Below, piece after piece: positions 45,246 through 49,387 of a stretch of 49,387 bases of DNA. The DNA is from an uncultured Treponema sp. (GTDB taxonomy: Bacteria > Spirochaetota > Spirochaetia > Treponematales > Treponemataceae). Every line of letters starts with the position of its first letter. Within the stretch, counting starts at the first letter, position 1. Location of the stretch: assembly GCA_964554745.1 (NCBI GenBank), contig CAZKPZ010000003.1:1-49387 (forward strand), given 5' to 3'. The notes below the pieces were generated by a model. That model worked only from the letters and a program-made list of their open reading frames with translations, was not told the origin of the DNA and ran no database searches. A program made the position numbers and the translations under genes.

Positions 45246-46096
45246 AAGCACTGATAACCGCACTCGCCGCAGCAGCCGTTCTCGCCCTCTCTTCATGCAG
45301 CATAGCCACGCTGGGCATGTACAAGCTCTTTGGCCACGGCCCAAGCGTAGAAGACCGCGAAGGCGGACTGCAAGACGAAACGCCCCCGACCGTGAGCGGC
45401 GTGCCCTATTCGTTCGCTGTGGTCTCCGACGTGCACTTTGGCAACAGCCGCTACAAGCGCAATGACGAAGCCTTCTATAACAAGCTTGCCTCCATGAGCG
45501 GCAGCATATCGTTCTGCGTGAGCCTCGGCGATGTTGTGGAAAGCGGCAGCGCAGACGAATACAACGACTACGTGGAATGGTGCAACAGAGTGAAGGCTGT
45601 TCTGGGCAACGGCAACAATGTGTATACTATAGTAGGAAATCACGACCTCTTTAACGACGGCTGGCAGTATTTTGAGGATAAAGTCTGGCCGCACACATCG
45701 TTCTACAGCTTTAACGCCGGCGGCATACACTTTTACGCCATAGACACCGGCTCCGGTTCAATGGGTCCCAAGCAGTTCAAGAGGTTCAAGAGCGCAATCC
45801 AAGATGACGGAGTGCCCAAGATAATCCTCTCGCACTACCCGGCCTACGGAACGGCAACGTTCTTTAAGAACTATTACACATTGCAGAACACCAACGAGGC
45901 GGACAGTCTGATTACGCTCTGCGCCGATAACAACGTAAAGCTCTATCTTTCCGGGCATATGCACGACAAGCACACGAACGACTTGGGCAAATTCACCGAA
46001 ATGGTACTGCCCTGCTATGCCGACAAGCACGAATTCCTTGTGGTTACCGTGCTGGACTCAAGCGGAAACTTCAGCACCCAGTACTACCGCTACTAA
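45233..46096 (+). CDS. Calcineurin-like metallophosphoesterase lipoprotein
   Basis: Lipobox LSSC; SDVH, LGDVV, GNHD, SHYP, SGHMH. Confidence 0.9.
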   Translation: MGILKALITALAAAAVLALSSCSIATLGMYKLFGHGPSVEDREGGLQDETPPTVSGVPYSFAVVSDVHFGNSRYKRNDEAFYNKLASMSGSISFCVSLGDVVESGSADEYNDYVEWCNRVKAVLGNGNNVYTIVGNHDLFNDGWQYFEDKVWPHTSFYSFNAGGIHFYAIDTGSGSMGPKQFKRFKSAIQDDGVPKIILSHYPAYGTATFFKNYYTLQNTNEADSLITLCADNNVKLYLSGHMHDKHTNDLGKFTEMVLPCYADKHEFLVVTVLDSSGNFSTQYYRY

Positions 46097-46198
46097 ATCA
46101 AAGCCCCAGCGTATCAATTTTTGTCGATAAAAAGAGGATAAAAGTCCGATTTTGCCACAACAATATCAATAAAATTCGTTTTATATCAGAAAAATAAT

Positions 46199-46227
46199 TT
46201 GACTTGTCCACTATCTGGATTTATAAT
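46199..46227 (+). promoter_or_regulatory. Promoter of the second sugar ABC operon
   Basis: TTGACT-17 nt-TATAAT. Confidence 0.7.
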
Positions 46228-46266
46228 TAGAGCATCAAGACTAGAAATCTAACTGGAGGACAATTT

Positions 46267-47649
46267 ATGAAAAAATCTTACAAGACTGCCGCAGCAGCCT
46301 TTGGAATAAGCGCCCTGCTTCTTGCCGCACTGGTTTCATGCGGCAAGAAGGACACTCCGGCCGCCGCTGACGCAAAGACAGACAGCGCACCGGAGGCAAC
46401 TGACGAAATAAAGGCGGACGCAATCTCAACCGTAGGACCTGCAAACGGAACTCACCTTGAGCTGTGGACGTTCGTTGACCTGCACAGCCAGCACTACGCG
46501 GCAATGCTTGAGTCCTGGAACAAGGCTCACCCGGACAAGCAGATTCAGATTACATTCGTCACCTATCCTTACGGCGACATGCACAACAAGATGATTATGG
46601 CCAACCAGACCGGAACAGGCGCTCCTGACATCTGCGACATAGAAATCGGACAGTTCCCGAACTTTATGGAAGGAAAGGTTCAGTTCGTTGAGATGGATAA
46701 GTACATCGAGCCGTACAAGGGCAACTCCGTTCAATCACGCCTTGACATCTACGGCACAAACGGCAAGCACTATGGTATTCCGTTCCACGTAGGAGCCACC
46801 GTCATGTACTATGACGACAAGGCTCTTTCTGCGGCAGGAATCGACTACAAGACAATCAAGACTTGGGACGACTTTGCCGCCGCAGGACGCAAGTACCACG
46901 AAAAGACCGGCAAGATGTTCACTGGCGTAGACACAGGCGGAACAGACTGGCTCTGGCTCTCTATGGCAGAAAACAAGCAGGACTGGACGGATGCCGCAGG
47001 ACATGCTGACGTCCGCATTAACGGCGTTGCAGACATGATTAAGATGCAGCAGAAGTGGGTCAAGGAAGGCTGGGCTTATGTTACTCCGGGCGGACAGATT
47101 GACACAGAACCGGGCTACCAGACCGTCGGAGCTGAGGACGTAGTTGCCTTCCCCAAGGCTTTGTGGTACATGAGCCGCTTTACAAACTACATTCCGGACC
47201 AGAAAGGCAACTGGGCACTCGCAGCCTGCCCTGTATACAAGAAGGGCCAGCCCCGTTCAGTCGGTATCGGCGGAACTGGAACAGTAGTTTCCTTGCAGTC
47301 AAAGCACCAGGAACTTGCCGCAGAATTCATCGTATTCGCAAAGCTTTCTATGGAAGCAGAGCAGCGCATCTGGGAAATCCTTGGATTTGACCCTGTAAAC
47401 ACAGCCCTCGGGCAGGACAAGAGCATTACCCACAACCCGGACAACAAGTACGTACAGTACTTCCGCAACAATCCGTTCGATGTCTTGAACGAGATAAAGG
47501 ACGAAATCGGCGGTATCAAGGCGGTAAAAATCAGCTCTTCTATCAACGAGCAGCTTAATCTCAACGTGCTTAACAACTGTCTTGAGAACGGAGAAGACGT
47601 AGACTCTGCACTGCAGGCCGCACAGGACGAAATCGACCTCGACCAGTAA
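46267..47649 (+). CDS. Sugar ABC solute-binding lipoprotein (AraN-like)
   Basis: Lipobox LVSC; LWTF, PYGDMHNK, GAPDI, FHVGATVMYY, GIGGTGT; substrate is inferred. Confidence 0.88.
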   Translation: MKKSYKTAAAAFGISALLLAALVSCGKKDTPAAADAKTDSAPEATDEIKADAISTVGPANGTHLELWTFVDLHSQHYAAMLESWNKAHPDKQIQITFVTYPYGDMHNKMIMANQTGTGAPDICDIEIGQFPNFMEGKVQFVEMDKYIEPYKGNSVQSRLDIYGTNGKHYGIPFHVGATVMYYDDKALSAAGIDYKTIKTWDDFAAAGRKYHEKTGKMFTGVDTGGTDWLWLSMAENKQDWTDAAGHADVRINGVADMIKMQQKWVKEGWAYVTPGGQIDTEPGYQTVGAEDVVAFPKALWYMSRFTNYIPDQKGNWALAACPVYKKGQPRSVGIGGTGTVVSLQSKHQELAAEFIVFAKLSMEAEQRIWEILGFDPVNTALGQDKSITHNPDNKYVQYFRNNPFDVLNEIKDEIGGIKAVKISSSINEQLNLNVLNNCLENGEDVDSALQAAQDEIDLDQ

Positions 47650-47682
47650 TCCTGGAGTATAGAACGATTCATTAACCAACCT

Positions 47683-47713
47683 GCCGGGCAGGGCGACTTG
47701 CCCGGCTTTTTTT
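47683..47713 (+). terminator. Intra-operon hairpin with U-tract
   Basis: GCCGGGCA...TGCCCGGC-TTTTTT between the SBP and permease genes. Confidence 0.7.
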
Positions 47714-47730
47714 CCACGGAGTTTAACGAA

Positions 47731-48633
47731 ATGAAAAAAAACAGAGTAACAAGCTTCCTATACAACTGGAAGGTTGCGCCCTACGTTTTTGTGCTGCCTT
47801 TCCTGTTTACTTTCCTTGTATTCTGGATTTATCCGTTTGCCAGCTCAATCATGATGAGCTTTCAGAACATAAAACCCGGCCAGATTGAGTGGATTGGCCT
47901 TAAAAACTACACAAAGCTCTTAAAAGACAAGACTTTTTACATTGCAATCAAGAACAGTTTTCTATATACAGTTGTCACTTGCGCGCTGCTGATTCCATTC
48001 CCGATGCTTTTTGCAACCATAATGAACAGCGCGTTCATGCGCGCAAAAACGGCATACAAGGCGGTGCTCTACATTCCGGCGCTTACCTCTGTTGTCGTTG
48101 CAGGTATGATATTCGGCTTCATGTTCAGCGAGCTTGACGGTTCCACTGCGAACCAATTCCTCCACCTGTTCGGCAAGCCTTCTATAAAATGGCTCAAAGG
48201 CTATGCTACAGGCTGGTTCGCAATGATTCTGCTATGCTGCTGGAGATGGACCGGAGTAAACATGCTCTACTTCCTTTCCGGCCTGCAGGGAATCGACAGC
48301 TCGCTTTACGAAGCCGCCGATATTGACGGAGCTTCGAGAATGCAGAAATTCACAATGATTACGCTGCCGCTGCTCAAGCCGACATGGATTTACGTCTTGA
48401 CCATAAGTATCTACGCAGGACTGGCCATGTTCCTTGAAAGCTACATGATGTGGGGCGGCAACGGCTCGCCAAAGAACATTGGTCTTACCATTGTAGGCTA
48501 CTTGTACCGCCGCGGAATTGAGCGCAACCAGATGGGTTACGCCAGCGCCGTTGGAATCGTGCTGCTTATCATAGCACTCATCGTTAACTTCGCGCAGCTT
48601 ACAGCAAGCGGAACATTCAAGAAGGAAAAATAA
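47731..48633 (+). CDS. Carbohydrate ABC permease (AraP-like)
   Basis: APYVFVLP, IGLKNY, LYEAADIDGA, MGYASA. Confidence 0.92.
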   Translation: MKKNRVTSFLYNWKVAPYVFVLPFLFTFLVFWIYPFASSIMMSFQNIKPGQIEWIGLKNYTKLLKDKTFYIAIKNSFLYTVVTCALLIPFPMLFATIMNSAFMRAKTAYKAVLYIPALTSVVVAGMIFGFMFSELDGSTANQFLHLFGKPSIKWLKGYATGWFAMILLCCWRWTGVNMLYFLSGLQGIDSSLYEAADIDGASRMQKFTMITLPLLKPTWIYVLTISIYAGLAMFLESYMMWGGNGSPKNIGLTIVGYLYRRGIERNQMGYASAVGIVLLIIALIVNFAQLTASGTFKKEK

Positions 48634-48635
48634 CT

Positions 48636-49387
48636 ATGGCAGAAAAATCTAAGAAACTAGGCAGCATAAAAACCGAGAACTCAATTCTCACATCTCTTTC
48701 TATCCTGCTGTTCACTGTACTGAGCCTGCTTATCCTGTATCCGCTGGTTGCGGCTCTGCTGGCTTCGTTCCGCCCCGGGCAGGAACTGGTGCGCTACGGC
48801 TTGAACTTTAACCCAGATCCTGACGGACTTACGCTGAGCAACTACATCTATCTGTTCACGCAGAAAGCCCTTAAGGAAGGCTCATGGACAAAGATTCCGC
48901 ACCACTACTTTATGTGGTACAAGAACAGCCTGTTCCTTACTATTATATCAGTCACCTTGCAACTGTGCTTCTGCTACCTGGTTGCCTACGGACTTTCCAT
49001 GTACGACTTTAAGCTGCAGAAACCGATTTTCTTTGTAGTAATCGCAACAATGATGGTTCCCGGCGTTATCCTCATGCTGCCGCTCTATCAGGAAATGATA
49101 AGCCTCAAGCTCATCAACACAACGGCCGGCGTCATTCTGCCGGGAATATGCGGCGCGAGCACCATATTCTTCTTCCGCCAGTACATGATTGGTCTGCCGC
49201 ACGAACTGCTGGACGCAGGACGCATAGACGGCGCGAACGAATACCGCATCTGCTTTGAGATTATGCTGCCGCTGTGCAAGCCGGCATTCGGCGCTATGGC
49301 GATACTTTCCGCAATGGGCGTATGGAACGACATGCTCTGGCCTATGCTGGTCTACCGAGACCCGAGCAAATTCACGCTGCCAATCGG
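48636..49387 (+). CDS. Carbohydrate ABC permease (AraQ-like), runs off the window end
   Basis: Not in the ORF track because it has no stop; manual translation gives WYKNSL, LPHELLDAGRIDGA, WNDMLWP. Confidence 0.9.
   Translation, partial: MAEKSKKLGSIKTENSILTSLSILLFTVLSLLILYPLVAALLASFRPGQELVRYGLNFNPDPDGLTLSNYIYLFTQKALKEGSWTKIPHHYFMWYKNSLFLTIISVTLQLCFCYLVAYGLSMYDFKLQKPIFFVVIATMMVPGVILMLPLYQEMISLKLINTTAGVILPGICGASTIFFFRQYMIGLPHELLDAGRIDGANEYRICFEIMLPLCKPAFGAMAILSAMGVWNDMLWPMLVYRDPSKFTLPI

Noticed and set aside
353-49333. Numerous 60-200 aa antisense or alternate-frame ORFs (e.g. 25089-25655, 32700-33302, 40844-41410, 47187-47765)
   Set aside because: They overlap well-supported genes and lack motifs; typical shadow ORFs
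1-49387. tRNA, rRNA, prophage or integrase genes
   Set aside because: No cloverleaf, rRNA-like or phage/integrase signatures recognised

Overview
About 49 kb of a host-associated spirochaete-like chromosome, probably Treponema (inferred from gene content and lipoprotein/solute-binding signal styles). The first ~7 kb is a decaying accessory zone: an 8-bp tandem repeat, an ISAs1 remnant, two broken AAA-ATPase genes, a MATE pump, a toxin-first PIN/Phd module and an IS982 element with a frameshift. The rest is mostly core metabolism and transport: a COG0523 GTPase, a GH63-like hydrolase, TPR and TraB genes, malQ, BMP-udp, an acyl-CoA carboxyltransferase, oppBCD, rpoN, hpf, a GGDEF-EAL gene, metK, two sugar ABC systems, deoB-cdd and a BASS symporter. 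The strongest candidate for an undescribed system is an 804-aa single-chain fusion of a full-length but catalytically rewired GatB/GatE-like domain to a GatD/asparaginase-like domain. Also notable: a palindromic element inserted in frame in an ATPase gene, a GNAT two-gene cassette flanked by a duplicated -35 promoter box, a protease-less FtsH-like ATPase paired with a secreted esterase, and many apparently leaderless genes. All family calls come from motif recognition by eye; no database searches were run.
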